Source of the DNA: an uncultured delta proteobacterium
Lineage (GTDB): Bacteria; Desulfobacterota; Binatia; UBA9968
Direction: 5' to 3'
NCBI GenBank assembly: GCA_963816145.1
Contig: CAWFJP010000001.1
Coordinates: 32,001-96,000 of the forward strand
Length of the DNA stretch: 64,000 nt
In this document: positions 31,310 to 41,450 of the stretch, one piece after another
Layout of the letters: every line of letters starts with the position of its first letter
Numbering within the stretch: position 1 is the first letter of the stretch
Program-made: the position numbers and the translations under genes
The notes under the pieces: model-generated
The model's database searches: none
Told to the model about the DNA's origin: nothing
Seen by the model: the letters and a program-made list of their open reading frames with translations, nothing else

Positions 31310-31411
31310 ATCGAATTTTCGTTGTTGGACCGTGTATGGCGCCTGCCACAGCCCGGACAGCGGACAATCCCGGCTCAGGTTTGCCCGCCAGCCAGGGCGG
31401 CGCGTTTAATC

Positions 31412-33286
31412 TCAGCTTTTGCCGCCGGTTTCTTCATACTCGGCATCGACGACATTTTCTTTCGGCCCGCCGCCCTCTGTGGGCTTTTCCGATGCTTGGC
31501 CTTGTGCGGTCTGCCGATAGATCGCCTCCGCCAGCTTGTGCGAAGCTTTGGTCAGCTCCTCCATCTTGGTTTTAATCCGCTCGATCTGTTTGTCTTTGAC
31601 CGCCTGCTTCAAGTCGTTGATCGCGCCTTCAATCGCGCCGCGCTCCTGCTGGCTGATTTTATCACCGTAATCGCCAAGCGATTTCTCGGTGCTGTAAATC
31701 AGCGTATCGGCGCGATTGATCGCCTCGACTTCTTCCTTCTTCTTGGCATCCTGGGCGGCAAATTTCTCCGCCTCGCGCACCATGCGGTCGATATCGTCCT
31801 TGCCGAGTTTTTTCGGCGCGGTGATTTGGATCGATTGTGCTTTTCCCGTGCCCAGATCTTTGGCTGAGACATGGACAATGCCGTTGGCGTCAATGTCGAA
31901 GGAAACCTCGATTTGCGGCAGGCCGCGCGGCGCCAGCGGGATGCCGAGCAGATCGAACCGGCCCAATTCGACATTGTCGCTCGCCATCGACCGCTCGCCT
32001 TGTAAAACGCGAATCGTCACCGCTGTCTGATTGTCCGCGGCGGTGGAGAAAACCTGGCTCTTCTTAGCCGGGATCGTCGTGTTGCGCTCGATCAGCGTGG
32101 TGTTGACGCCGCCCAGCGTCTCGATGCCCAAAGACAACGGTGTCACGTCGAGCAACAAGACATCTTTCACTTCGCCTTTGATGATCGCCGCTTGAATCGC
32201 CGCGCCCATGGCGACGCAATCCATCGGATCGACGCCGCGCTCGATCTTCTTGCCGAAATAATCCTCGACAAATTTCTGCACGATCGGCATGCGCGTCGGG
32301 CCGCCGACCATGATGATCTTGTCGATATCCGAGTTGGCAGAACTCGTGCCTTCTTTGGCCAAGCTCTCTTTGGCGTCTTTCAACGCTTGTTCGAGCGGCC
32401 CGCGGCAGCGCTCGACGATCGGCGAGATCAATTCTTCAAGTTTGGCGCGGTTGATCGATAGCGTTAAGTGTTTCGCGCCGCTGGCATCGGCCGTGATGAA
32501 AGGTAAATTGATATCCGTGCTCAGCGCGCTGGAGAGCTCGACCTTGGCCTTCTCCGCCGCCTCGCGCAGCCGCTGTGTCGCCATCTTGTCGTCGGTGAGA
32601 TCGATGCCGCTCTGGCGCTTGAACTCCTTGATTATGTATTCGATCATCACCCGGTCCATATCGGTGCCGCCCAGTTGGGTATCGCCGCTGGTCGCGACGA
32701 CTTTAAAGCCGCCCTCTTTCCACATCTCCATGATCGTCACGTCGAGGGTGCCGCCGCCGAAATCGAAGACGAGAATCTTGAGTTCCTTGCCGGCTTTCTC
32801 CAAGCCGTAGGCCAGACAAGCGGCGGTGGGTTCATTGATCACGCGCAGAACTTTCAGGCCGGCGATTTCGCCGGCGTCCTTGGTGGCGGTGCGCTGGTTG
32901 TCATCGAAATAAGCCGGACAGGTGATCACCGCTTCGTCGACTTGATCGCCCAGATACGCTTCGGCATCTTGTTTGATCTTTTGCAGGATGAAAGCGGAAA
33001 TCTGCTGCGGCGTGTACTCTTTGCCGAAGACTTTGAATTTGAAGTCGCTGCCCATCTTGCGCTTGGCCGCTTGGATGGTGCCCTCGGCATTGATCGCCGA
33101 TTGGCGTTTAGCCGGTTCGCCAACCAAACGCTGGCCGTCCTTGGTGAAGGCCACGTAGGAGGGAAATGCCTTCCCGGACGCAACCCCCGCGCCCTCCGCC
33201 GAAGGAATGATCACCGGCCGGCCGCCTTCGACGACCGCGGCGGCAGAATTAGAAGTCCCCAAATCGATCCCGATTACTTTCGCCAT
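31412..33286 (-). CDS. dnaK: Molecular chaperone DnaK (Hsp70), archaeal-like short form
   Basis: [30 protein letters not shown] linker and VDAEYEE tail. Confidence 0.97.
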   Translation of the reverse strand: MAKVIGIDLGTSNSAAAVVEGGRPVIIPSAEGAGVASGKAFPSYVAFTKDGQRLVGEPAKRQSAINAEGTIQAAKRKMGSDFKFKVFGKEYTPQQISAFILQKIKQDAEAYLGDQVDEAVITCPAYFDDNQRTATKDAGEIAGLKVLRVINEPTAACLAYGLEKAGKELKILVFDFGGGTLDVTIMEMWKEGGFKVVATSGDTQLGGTDMDRVMIEYIIKEFKRQSGIDLTDDKMATQRLREAAEKAKVELSSALSTDINLPFITADASGAKHLTLSINRAKLEELISPIVERCRGPLEQALKDAKESLAKEGTSSANSDIDKIIMVGGPTRMPIVQKFVEDYFGKKIERGVDPMDCVAMGAAIQAAIIKGEVKDVLLLDVTPLSLGIETLGGVNTTLIERNTTIPAKKSQVFSTAADNQTAVTIRVLQGERSMASDNVELGRFDLLGIPLAPRGLPQIEVSFDIDANGIVHVSAKDLGTGKAQSIQITAPKKLGKDDIDRMVREAEKFAAQDAKKKEEVEAINRADTLIYSTEKSLGDYGDKISQQERGAIEGAINDLKQAVKDKQIERIKTKMEELTKASHKLAEAIYRQTAQGQASEKPTEGGGPKENVVDAEYEETGGKS

Positions 33287-33318
33287 CGCTCACCTCCTGG
33301 ATTCAAGATAACCCTAGA

Positions 33319-33333
33319 GCAATTGGCATACCT
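33319..33333 (-). promoter_or_regulatory. Sigma-54 promoter (dnaK)
   Basis: AGGTA-TGCCAA-TTGC. Confidence 0.55.
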
Positions 33334-33396
33334 CGATGGAGATTCAACGTTGTTTGGCGTGTACGCCCAATAATCATAGCGACACCGGCGCCTCGC

Positions 33397-33441
33397 TGTC
33401 ATTGACGGGAATCGGCGACCGCGCTTTTGTCAGTTATGAAA
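33397..33441. promoter_or_regulatory. Putative tandem upstream activator sites between divergent promoters
   Basis: TGTCA-TTGA-CGGGA (33397) and TGTCA-GTTA-TGAAA (33428), 31 bp apart. Confidence 0.6.
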
Positions 33442-33471
33442 AGTTTTTACCGTTCCACGTGGCTGTGCTGC

Positions 33472-33486
33472 TGGCACGACGCTTGC
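33472..33486 (+). promoter_or_regulatory. Sigma-54 promoter
   Basis: TGGCA-CGACGC-TTGC, full consensus. Confidence 0.85.
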
Positions 33487-33578
33487 GCTCTTATTGAATT
33501 GACGGGAGGGCCATCGAGCAGCCGGCGCTGGTTCCCGCCCAAGCTTTTGCAGCGAACCGGCTGGAAAAGGAACTGAAC

Positions 33579-33899
33579 ATGCTAGGTTTATTTCTACTCA
33601 TCGCCGGGGTTATCGCTCTGGGACTCTACTTCATGGTCGCGCCTGCGGTTCTCAACACCTACCGCCGCTACCGCGGACGTCGGACCATCATCTGTCCGGA
33701 AACCGATCAAATCGTCGAAATGGAATTGAAAGCTGGCCGTGCCGGCGTCATGGCGGCACTTGGCAAGCAAGATCTGCGGGTTAAATGGTGCAGCCTGTGG
33801 CCGCGCCGAAAGGGTTGCGCCGAGGAATGTGCAAAATCTGACTGGCCCACGGCCGGGGAGCGCCGCGACCACGACAAGGGCCATGCCAACGGCGTATAG
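33579..33899 (+). CDS. Membrane-anchored Cys-rich hypothetical protein
   Basis: N-terminal TM; CPET...CSLWP...GCAEEC; AAGGA RBS and own promoter. Confidence 0.75.
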   Translation: MLGLFLLIAGVIALGLYFMVAPAVLNTYRRYRGRRTIICPETDQIVEMELKAGRAGVMAALGKQDLRVKWCSLWPRRKGCAEECAKSDWPTAGERRDHDKGHANGV

Positions 33900-33989
33900 A
33901 AACAGCGAAAGCCGAAACCTTCGGGACCTTCGTATGACTGTAGCTTACAATTTGCCCGGCTTGGGCAAATGATTCGGAAGTTGAAGACA

Positions 33990-34182
33990 CTCGGATTCAG
34001 AAATTCCTCCCGCCAAGGCGCAAAGTCGCCAAGTGACGGGGCGAGCCCCGTCATCCCGAACGAATGTGAGGGATCTGAGAAAGATTTCTCCCTTCGGTCG
34101 AAATGACAAAACTCCCCCCTTTGTGCCTTGGCGCCTTTGCCGGAGATATTCCGAGTTTCGCTTGCGGCTGTGCCGCGCTAGG
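33990..34182. repeat. Composite inverted repeat enclosing a REP-like doublet
   Basis: CTCGGA..CGCCAAGGCGCAAAG / CTTTGTGCCTTGGCG..TCCGAG arms around GTCATCCCGAAC...GAAATGACA. Confidence 0.65.
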
Positions 34183-34226
34183 TTCTTTGCAGTTAATGAT
34201 CCGATTCTTAGTTTTGTCTTTGGTGG

Positions 34227-35549
34227 CTAGGCAGAAGCATCGACCAGCGCCGCGACTCGGCAACCTTCTGCGACATCGACGCGTCGTAACAGCAGTGCAC
34301 CGGCGGCAAACAGCAGGGTGATCGAGACGATACCCCAGCGGCTGCTGCCGGTGAGCTGGCCGACCAAGCCAAAAATCGCCGGGCCGATAATGCCGGCGAC
34401 CTTCTCGCCGGTGCTAAAAAAGCCGAAGAACTCGGCGCTATGGGTTCTCGGCACCATGGCGGCAAACAGCGAGCGGCTGAGCGCCTGGGTGCCGCCCTGG
34501 ACCACGCCGACCATGATCGCCAACGCGTAAAAATCCGCGCTGCTGCGAATGAAAAAGCCGGCCACGGAAATCGCCGCATAGACCGCCAGCCCGGCAAAAA
34601 TGGCCCGCTTCGCGCTCCAACGATGGGCCAGCGCGCCAAAAGCGATGGAACAAGGGAAGCCGATAAATTGCGTGAGAATGAGCGCACCGAGCATGTCGTT
34701 GTGATCGACGCCGATTTCGTCGCCATAGGCGGCCGCAAGCTTGATGATTGTGCCGATGCCATCGTTGTAGAGCCAAAATGACGCGAGAAACAGCGTCAGC
34801 TCGCGGTAGCGGCGAATCTGCCGAAAAGTTTGCAGCAAGCGCGTCAAGCTATCGGCGAAAGCAAGAAACACGGGCGGTCGACTGTGCACCAGGGGCTCGA
34901 CCACGGTGCGAAATAGCGGCACGGCGAAAATCAACCACCAACCAGCCACGCTAATAAAACAGGCGCGCAGTGCCACAGTTCGATCCGCCATCCAGAACCA
35001 ATCGGGACGATAGAGCCAAAGCGCATCGATGACGAGTAACAAACCGCCGCCAAGGTAACCGAGCGCATAGCCGCGCGCCGAGACCCGATCCAAATCGTTC
35101 GCCCGCGCCACCTGGGGCAACAGCGCCTCGTAAAAGATATTGCCGCCGGCAAAGCCGAGGTTGGCGAGGGCAAATAACAGCGAGGCCAGCCGATACTCGC
35201 TTGTGCTGACAAACGCCAAACTCGCCGTACCGAGCGCGCCAAGCCATAGTGCCACCGCCAGGAAGCGCTTCTTAGCGCCCAAAAGATCCGCCGCCGCGCC
35301 GGCCGCTGGACCGAGCGCCGCGACCAACAGCAGTGACAGAGAAGTCGTGTACGCCCAGTACGCCGTCGCAGTTTCCGGCGCCGCGCCGGCGTCCATCACC
35401 AGCGCCCGGTAGTAGACTGGAAAAATCGCCGTAAGGATCACGACAGCGAACGCAGAGTTCGCCCAATCGTACATCGCCCAAGCATGGACGACACGCTGAT
35501 AATCCCATTCGGCGATCTGCGACGGCGACTTCGCTTTGCCATCGTCCAT
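34227..35549 (-). CDS. MFS transporter, UMF1/Atg22-like
   Basis: WAMYDWANSAF, ALGYLGG, YNDGIGT and QALSRSL motifs. Confidence 0.9.
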   Translation of the reverse strand: MDDGKAKSPSQIAEWDYQRVVHAWAMYDWANSAFAVVILTAIFPVYYRALVMDAGAAPETATAYWAYTTSLSLLLVAALGPAAGAAADLLGAKKRFLAVALWLGALGTASLAFVSTSEYRLASLLFALANLGFAGGNIFYEALLPQVARANDLDRVSARGYALGYLGGGLLLVIDALWLYRPDWFWMADRTVALRACFISVAGWWLIFAVPLFRTVVEPLVHSRPPVFLAFADSLTRLLQTFRQIRRYRELTLFLASFWLYNDGIGTIIKLAAAYGDEIGVDHNDMLGALILTQFIGFPCSIAFGALAHRWSAKRAIFAGLAVYAAISVAGFFIRSSADFYALAIMVGVVQGGTQALSRSLFAAMVPRTHSAEFFGFFSTGEKVAGIIGPAIFGLVGQLTGSSRWGIVSITLLFAAGALLLRRVDVAEGCRVAALVDASA

Positions 35550-35550
35550 A

Positions 35551-36426
35551 TCAGCGCGGCCGGATCACCAGCACCGGGCCCGAAGTGTGACGCACGACTC
35601 GCTCGGTCACACTCCCCAACGGCCATTTGCCGATCCCCGACGCGCCAAGGGTACACATGGCGACCAAACTATCCGGAGTCCTCTTGACCAGGTCGACGAT
35701 CGCGGCTGCGGCGCCGTCGGCGCCGCTTTCGAGCACCAGCGAGTCGACCTGCGAAAGCCCTTGGCGCCGGAGTTGGCTTGCGGTGTCGATCAAGTAACGA
35801 TTCGCCTCGTCGTGCGCCTCGTCCCAGAGTTTCTTAAGATTTGGCGCATTGGCGCCGAACACCGGCAGGAAGGCCTCCGGCGGCGCGCTGTAAATACGTC
35901 TGGCGACGCGAACCAAATCGACTCGGAGCGTCAAGCGCAAAGCCAATTCACTTACTGTCGGTAAAACCGTTTCGGCGAGTTTGGAGCCGTCGAGCGGGAC
36001 GACGACGGCTGTAAATTTCGCCTCAGGGAGAGCTTGGCCGTTTGCCGGGTGCACGAGCAGAACATGATTGGCCGCCGCGTGCAGCACTTTTTCGGCGACA
36101 CTGCCCAAAAGCCAGCGTTTGGTCCCGGAATACCCATGAGTCGCCATGGCGATCAGCATCTCCGGCTCGGCCGCGGCGCACTCGACAATCGTCGCCGCCG
36201 TGTGGCCGGATTCGACAATCAAGCCGGCGGATCCGCCAAAGGACGCGCCGATGGTCGCCAAATATTCGTTCACCATGTAAGGCGCGCATGCCGTGGTGTC
36301 GTGTGGATCGTTGACGCACAAAAGGTCAACCGGGATATTGAGATCCTGCGCCAACAGGCGCGCATAGGGCAGAACCGCTTCGGCAAATTTCGAACCGTCG
36401 AGTGGGATCAAGATCTTGCTATACAT
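35551..36426 (-). CDS. Tandem universal stress protein
   Basis: Two (I/V)PLDGS..AE domains with LGSV(A/T)E(K/R)V motifs. Confidence 0.92.
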   Translation of the reverse strand: MYSKILIPLDGSKFAEAVLPYARLLAQDLNIPVDLLCVNDPHDTTACAPYMVNEYLATIGASFGGSAGLIVESGHTAATIVECAAAEPEMLIAMATHGYSGTKRWLLGSVAEKVLHAAANHVLLVHPANGQALPEAKFTAVVVPLDGSKLAETVLPTVSELALRLTLRVDLVRVARRIYSAPPEAFLPVFGANAPNLKKLWDEAHDEANRYLIDTASQLRRQGLSQVDSLVLESGADGAAAAIVDLVKRTPDSLVAMCTLGASGIGKWPLGSVTERVVRHTSGPVLVIRPR

Positions 36427-36515
36427 AGAGCCTCGCAGTCTTAATGCGTCAGACAATTCTGGATCGGCCGAAGGAATTGGCGCTCCAGCGCACTGCCATC
36501 TACGTGAACACCAGA

Positions 36516-36530
36516 GCGATAACCGTGCCG
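36516..36530 (-). promoter_or_regulatory. Sigma-54 promoter (usp-MFS)
   Basis: CGGCA-CGGTTA-TCGC. Confidence 0.55.
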
Positions 36531-36636
36531 ACAACCCGTGAGGCTAAATCCCCAGCCGAGTTGGCGCGGGCGACAAAATAGCCTGGCCAGTTGGGGATTT
36601 GCCTTCGAGCCGATGGGCTGCCGAGCTTTTCGCTGA

Positions 36637-36681
36637 TTTCATCCTTGCGAATTTTTTCGCCTGTTTCTGTCAGATATGAAA
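36637..36681. promoter_or_regulatory. Putative tandem upstream activator sites between divergent promoters
   Basis: TTTCA-TCCT-TGCGA (36637) and TGTCA-GATA-TGAAA (36668), 31 bp apart. Confidence 0.65.
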
Positions 36682-36711
36682 AAGCTTCCAGCGCCTGCCG
36701 GTGCGATGGTC

Positions 36712-36726
36712 TGGTATGTCGATTGC
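36712..36726 (+). promoter_or_regulatory. Sigma-54 promoter
   Basis: TGGTA-TGTCGA-TTGC. Confidence 0.75.
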
Positions 36727-36762
36727 TCGATTGTTCAATCGCAGCCAAGGAGATCTGACAAA

Positions 36763-37191
36763 ATGGTATCAAACATCTTTAAAGCCACCGGTACGATTCT
36801 CGGTTTGGTCTGGTTATTGTCGCTGCCGTCATCTTTAGCGAGAGCGCAGGAAAGCGAAGTGATCGCCGGCGGTGAACTGGAGTATCAGAACGCGTGCGCG
36901 GTCTGCCATGGCGTCGAAGCCCGAGGCAACGGCATCATGAGCAAGTTCTTAACCGTAAAGCCCGCCAACCTACGTCAGCTCCGGCTGACCCCCGGCGGCA
37001 ACTTTCCCTTTTGGGAAGTTTATCGAAAGATCGACGGGCAGTTCGAGATCAGAGGCCACGGCACGAGAGACATGCCGATCTGGGGCGATCGCTTTCGCGC
37101 TCAAGCTGGCGGCGATGGCAAGAGCGCCCAAACTCAGGCCGCCGGACGCATTCTCAGCTTGGTTTTCTACCTGCAATATATTCAGGAGTAG
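36763..37191 (+). CDS. Mono-heme c-type cytochrome
   Basis: Signal peptide, CAVCHG, HGTRDMPIWG; paralog at 46221. Confidence 0.88.
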   Translation: MVSNIFKATGTILGLVWLLSLPSSLARAQESEVIAGGELEYQNACAVCHGVEARGNGIMSKFLTVKPANLRQLRLTPGGNFPFWEVYRKIDGQFEIRGHGTRDMPIWGDRFRAQAGGDGKSAQTQAAGRILSLVFYLQYIQE

Positions 37192-37484
37192 CCACAGGAA
37201 ACTGAAGTAAAATTCCGCTGACTGGTCTACTACCAGACTGCGGCAGAGAACCGGCTCATATACTAGAAGCCGTAAAAAACACTAAGCACAATCAGCGAGT
37301 TCGGGTTAAGCGAGCGGTTCTCAAAAAATGCCGATGGTAGGAGTCTACTCTTAGCCTCGTTCGCTGAGGAGTTATTGCCGTCAATGCTTAAATAACCGCA
37401 TGCGAGCAATGCACCGCTACAGCCATGTGAAACCCGAATTTGAGAAATCGCCGCGGTCCTCGCAGGCGGGATGAGCCGTTCGGA

Positions 37485-38027
37485 CTAGAATGTCTCGGAA
37501 CAGACCGGCTGCGCGGTATTAGATCGGCTGGTATCGACGAGAAAAGTTCCGCTCAGGGCACTGCGGCCAACCAGGAACGGATACATCATTTCCGAGCGGT
37601 CTTTCAAAGTCACCGGGGTGCGAAAGAGTTTTGAACCTAAGCAGATTGAAATTGCCACGACAGGTCTTTTCTCGACGCCCATCGAAGTCTGGATATGACG
37701 CCAGTCGACGACTGGAAGTTGCAGCTGCCGACCACCCCAGCGTTTTCCGAGTTTGAAGTGGGCAACATTATTCTGCACCACTATTTCGCGCGCATCGAGC
37801 GAGGACAGGTCGGCGCCGGTATCGATCCGAGCCGGAAAGCTAATGCCCCAGGGACTGAGGACGACATCTTCAACTACGCCAAGCGTCACCTTGACCGGTT
37901 CGCGACTTGGAGAATATAAAGCTTCGCCCTCTTTTATTTCCTGCGCGTGGAGGATCTGCCCAATCGCATTCGGTCCGGCCAATAAGACCACGAGACAGAC
38001 GAGCCTGCTAAATGTTGATTTGCTCAT
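37485..38027 (-). CDS. RimK-associated retropepsin-like protease (putative ATP-dependent zinc protease family), exported
   Basis: ARIDTGA..SSL, E.RPVV and TLKDRSEM.YP.LVGR motifs. Confidence 0.85.
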   Translation of the reverse strand: MSKSTFSRLVCLVVLLAGPNAIGQILHAQEIKEGEALYSPSREPVKVTLGVVEDVVLSPWGISFPARIDTGADLSSLDAREIVVQNNVAHFKLGKRWGGRQLQLPVVDWRHIQTSMGVEKRPVVAISICLGSKLFRTPVTLKDRSEMMYPFLVGRSALSGTFLVDTSRSNTAQPVCSETF

Positions 38028-38083
38028 GCACGCAGGCTACTCAAAGGGGAAGGGAAATTCAATATCAATCTTTCACGTAGAAA

Positions 38084-38117
38084 TAGGAGTGGAGGGAGAC
38101 AGTTCTCCCTCCGCCTA
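38084..38117 (-). terminator. Hairpin, probable terminator after the small lipoprotein gene
   Basis: GGAGGGAGA-CAGT-TCTCCCTCC stem-loop with short T run on the minus strand. Confidence 0.5.
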
Positions 38118-38168
38118 CATTATCGGCTAGATCTCGTCGTCGTCTCCGCCGCCGATATATTCATTCGC

Positions 38169-38360
38169 CTAATATTCGTTCCAGTTGATCTTCTCTCGTT
38201 CCTGTTGGGCCTTTTCGAACTCCGCCCTATCCTGTGGGCTCATCTGCTCCACTCGAGCCTGCTCCTCTTCGTATTCCGCATTGAGGCGACTCACAGTGGC
38301 GCAACTTGAACCTAACACGCCAACCAAGAGCAGCAACGTCAACAGACTTGCGGTCTTCAT
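38169..38360 (-). CDS. Small lipoprotein
   Basis: GGAGGTG RBS, signal peptide ending GSSC, own sigma-54 motif. Confidence 0.7.
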   Translation of the reverse strand: MKTASLLTLLLLVGVLGSSCATVSRLNAEYEEEQARVEQMSPQDRAEFEKAQQEREKINWNEY

Positions 38361-38413
38361 ACAGGTTCACCTCCTCCCTGTTCAGATTCCGCTCCCCTTG
38401 CTCTTTGAATAAA

Positions 38414-38428
38414 GCAAACGTTGTACCA
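38414..38428 (-). promoter_or_regulatory. Sigma-54 promoter
   Basis: TGGTA-CAACGT-TTGC. Confidence 0.75.
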
Positions 38429-38654
38429 ATTCACTATCGCTTGCTGATATTGCCACTGAATTGAAAACTCAAATAATCCGGGTGACTAGAACAAACCATC
38501 CCCAGTCCGTCGATGCCGCCGCAGAGCAGTTAGCAGAAGCGACAATATGTCAGCGTAAGATTTCTCATCGCTCGGACTGACGGCCGAATGCCTCACCGCA
38601 AGTTCGGCAAACCCTAATGGCCGCTGTGCAGTCGGAGGAGTCCATCGGACTCCG

Positions 38655-38669
38655 TGGCACGACCTTTGC
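38655..38669 (+). promoter_or_regulatory. Sigma-54 promoter (archease-rtcB operon)
   Basis: TGGCA-CGACCT-TTGC, full consensus. Confidence 0.85.
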
Positions 38670-38701
38670 CATAAAAACTCACCTGTAGGAAATCGTCTCG
38701 G

Positions 38702-39124
38702 ATGTGCGAACCAAGTTGGCAACACTTCCCCCACGGCGCCGACATGGGCGTTCGTGGTATTGGCAAATCGAAAGCGCAAGCCTTTGAACAGGCGGCGATG
38801 GCGCTGACCGCGTTGGTGACCGATCCGCAGTCGGTCTGTGCGGAGATTTTGGTCAAGATCGAATGCAACGCGCCTGACGACGAACTACTCCTGGTCGAAT
38901 GGCTTAATGGCATAATCTTCGAGATGGCAATCAGAAAAATGCTCTTCGCGCGCTTCGCGGTTAACCTCGATGGCAACCGCCTGAACGGAATGGCTTGGGG
39001 CGAAGCCATCGATTTGACCAAGCATGATGCCGCAGTGGAGCCCAAAGGCGCGACTTGCACTAGTTTAGAGGTGTGCCAAGACGAGTCGGGATGTTGGCGG
39101 GCGCAGTGCATCGTCGATGTTTGA
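38702..39124 (+). CDS. Archease
   Basis: HFPHGADMGV, EPKGAT and C-terminal IVDV motifs. Confidence 0.92.
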   Translation: MCEPSWQHFPHGADMGVRGIGKSKAQAFEQAAMALTALVTDPQSVCAEILVKIECNAPDDELLLVEWLNGIIFEMAIRKMLFARFAVNLDGNRLNGMAWGEAIDLTKHDAAVEPKGATCTSLEVCQDESGCWRAQCIVDV

Positions 39125-39134
39125 GGCATACGAA

Positions 39135-40565
39135 ATGGAATTGTCGCGATTACAACAGCAAGCGGAAAACCAGTGGCGCATCGCTCCCTACGGCAAGATG
39201 CGCGTGCCGGCGATTATTTACGCAAGTGAGGCGTTGATCCGCGACATGGATGACAAGGTCTACGAGCAAGTTACCAACGTCGCCAAACTGCCGGGAATCG
39301 TCAAAGCTTCCTACGCCATGCCCGACGCCCACTGGGGCTATGGCTTTCCCATCGGCGGCGTCGCAGCCTTCGATCCGGCAAAAGGCGGCGTGATTTCCGC
39401 CGGCGGCGTCGGCTTCGATATTTCCTGCGGCGTGCGCACCCTGCATACCGGACTGACGCTGGATCAGGTCGAGCCGGTCAAAGAGCGTTTGGCGGATACG
39501 TTATTCGGTAAAATCCCCGCCGGTGTCGGTAGCACGGGACAGTTGAGTCTCAACGAGAAAGAAATGGACGCCATGCTCACCGGCGGAGCGAAGTGGGCGG
39601 TCGCCATCGGCTACGGCCGCCGAGAAGATTTGCAGCGCGTCGAAGAAGACGGCTGCATCCCTGGTGCGGTACCGGAGGATGTCTCGGACCGCGCCAAGAA
39701 GCGCCAGCGCGAAGAGATGGGCACCCTCGGTTCCGGCAATCATTATCTGGAAATCCAGCATGTGCGAAAGATTTTCGACCCGACAATCGCCGCGGCTTTT
39801 GGCTTGAGCCAGGGCGATATTGTGGTCAGCATTCATTGCGGCTCGCGCGGCCTCGGCCATCAGATCGGCACGGAATTTCTCACCCGCATGGTGGCGTCGG
39901 CGGCAACCTATGGAATTGACCTGCCCGACCGCGAGCTGGCCTGCGCGCCGATCGACTCACCGCTGGGACAAGCCTATCTCGGCGCCATGCGCGCGGCGGT
40001 GAATTGCGCGCTCGCCAATCGGCAAATCATCACGCACCTGGTGCGCCAGGCGATTCGCGAAGTCATTCCCCAAGCCGATCTGCCGTTACTCTATGACGTC
40101 TCGCACAATACCTGTAAGGTGGAAGAACATGTCGTCGACGACCGGAAGATGGAGCTTTTTGTCCACCGCAAAGGGGCGACGCGGGCGTTTGGGCCAGGAC
40201 ATCCGGCGCTCCCCGAGTCGTTGCGCGAGATCGGCCAGCCCGTGCTGATCGGCGGCACCATGGGCACCGCATCCTACATACTCGCCGGCACCCGTGAAGG
40301 AATGAATTTATCTTTTGGCTCCGCATGCCACGGCGCGGGCCGAAGCATGAGCCGCCATCAGGCGCTGCGCCAGTGGCGCGGCCGTGAAATCGTTGACAAT
40401 CTGGCGCACCACGGCGTATTGATCCGTAGCCGCTCCATGCGCGGCGTTGCCGAAGAGGCGCCCGGCGCCTATAAAGACGTGAGCGAGGTTGTCGACGCCG
40501 CCGATCGCGCCGGTCTGGCGCGCACCGTGGCACGGCTCGAACCGGTGGTTTGTATCAAGGGATAG
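39135..40565 (+). CDS. rtcB: RNA ligase RtcB (archaeal/eukaryotic-like long type)
   Basis: MPDAHWGYGFPIGG, GVGFDISCG, LGSGNHYLE, SHN, HGAGR and EEAPGAYK motifs. Confidence 0.96.
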   Translation: MELSRLQQQAENQWRIAPYGKMRVPAIIYASEALIRDMDDKVYEQVTNVAKLPGIVKASYAMPDAHWGYGFPIGGVAAFDPAKGGVISAGGVGFDISCGVRTLHTGLTLDQVEPVKERLADTLFGKIPAGVGSTGQLSLNEKEMDAMLTGGAKWAVAIGYGRREDLQRVEEDGCIPGAVPEDVSDRAKKRQREEMGTLGSGNHYLEIQHVRKIFDPTIAAAFGLSQGDIVVSIHCGSRGLGHQIGTEFLTRMVASAATYGIDLPDRELACAPIDSPLGQAYLGAMRAAVNCALANRQIITHLVRQAIREVIPQADLPLLYDVSHNTCKVEEHVVDDRKMELFVHRKGATRAFGPGHPALPESLREIGQPVLIGGTMGTASYILAGTREGMNLSFGSACHGAGRSMSRHQALRQWRGREIVDNLAHHGVLIRSRSMRGVAEEAPGAYKDVSEVVDAADRAGLARTVARLEPVVCIKG

Positions 40566-40643
40566 CGGCCGTTGGTCCGAGCCAAATCGATTTGCACCGC
40601 TTGATCGTTGTGAACGATTGGAACCACGAAAGAAGGTGAATTC

Positions 40644-41424
40644 ATGCTAGAGTTCATTCGGCAAATTTTCGGACCGGCCGGCACTGTCTTCGTCATCGTC
40701 TTGATCGTTCTCGTCAGCGGCATCAAGATCCTCAAGGAATACCAGCGCGCCGTGGTCTTTCGCTTGGGACGGATGGTCCGGCCGCGCGGGCCCGGGATCA
40801 TTTTCGTGATTCCGCTGATTGAACGGATGGTGCGCGTCGATCTGCGCACCGTCACCATGGACGTGCCGCCGCAGGATGTCATCACTCGGGATAACGTCTC
40901 GGTCAAAGTCAGCGCGGTGCTCTATTTCCGCGTCCTCGACCCGGCGCGCGCCATTCGTGAGGTCGAAAACTATCTATTTGCCACCTCGCAACTCGCCCAG
41001 GTGACTTTGCGCAGCGTTTGCGGCCAGGGCGAACTCGACGACCTGCTCGCCGAAAGAGAGAAAATCAATGCGCGCATTCAGAGCATCCTCGATGCCCAAA
41101 CCGAGCCCTGGGGCGTGAAAGTCGTCCTGGTCGAGCTCAAGCATATCGATCTGCCGCAAGAAATGCAGCGCGCCATGGCCAAGCAAGCGGAAGCCGAACG
41201 CGAACGGCGCGCCAAGATCATTCATGCCGAAGGTGAATTTCAGGCGGCGCAGAAGCTCGCCGACGCGGCCGAAGTCATCGCTCAGACAGCCCACGGCGAT
41301 TCATCTGCGCTATTTGCAGAGCTTGATGGAGGTCGCGGCGGAAAATAACCAAACCGTGGTTGTGCCGCTTCCCGTCGATATCGTCACCCAGATGTTCGGC
41401 AAAGCTGACAAGCAGACGAAATAG
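40644..41424 (+). CDS. SPFH/slipin (stomatin-like) protein with a frameshift near 41286
   Basis: [18 protein letters not shown] and [12 protein letters not shown] motifs; the LRYLQSL tail continues in another frame. Confidence 0.85.
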
Positions 41425-41450
41425 CTGCAGCCCAACGGGAGGATGACACA

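Noticed and set aside
38169-38171. Pyrrolysine or other recoding at the amber codon
   Set aside because: No pyl genes or other supporting signal; mutation or base-call error is simpler.
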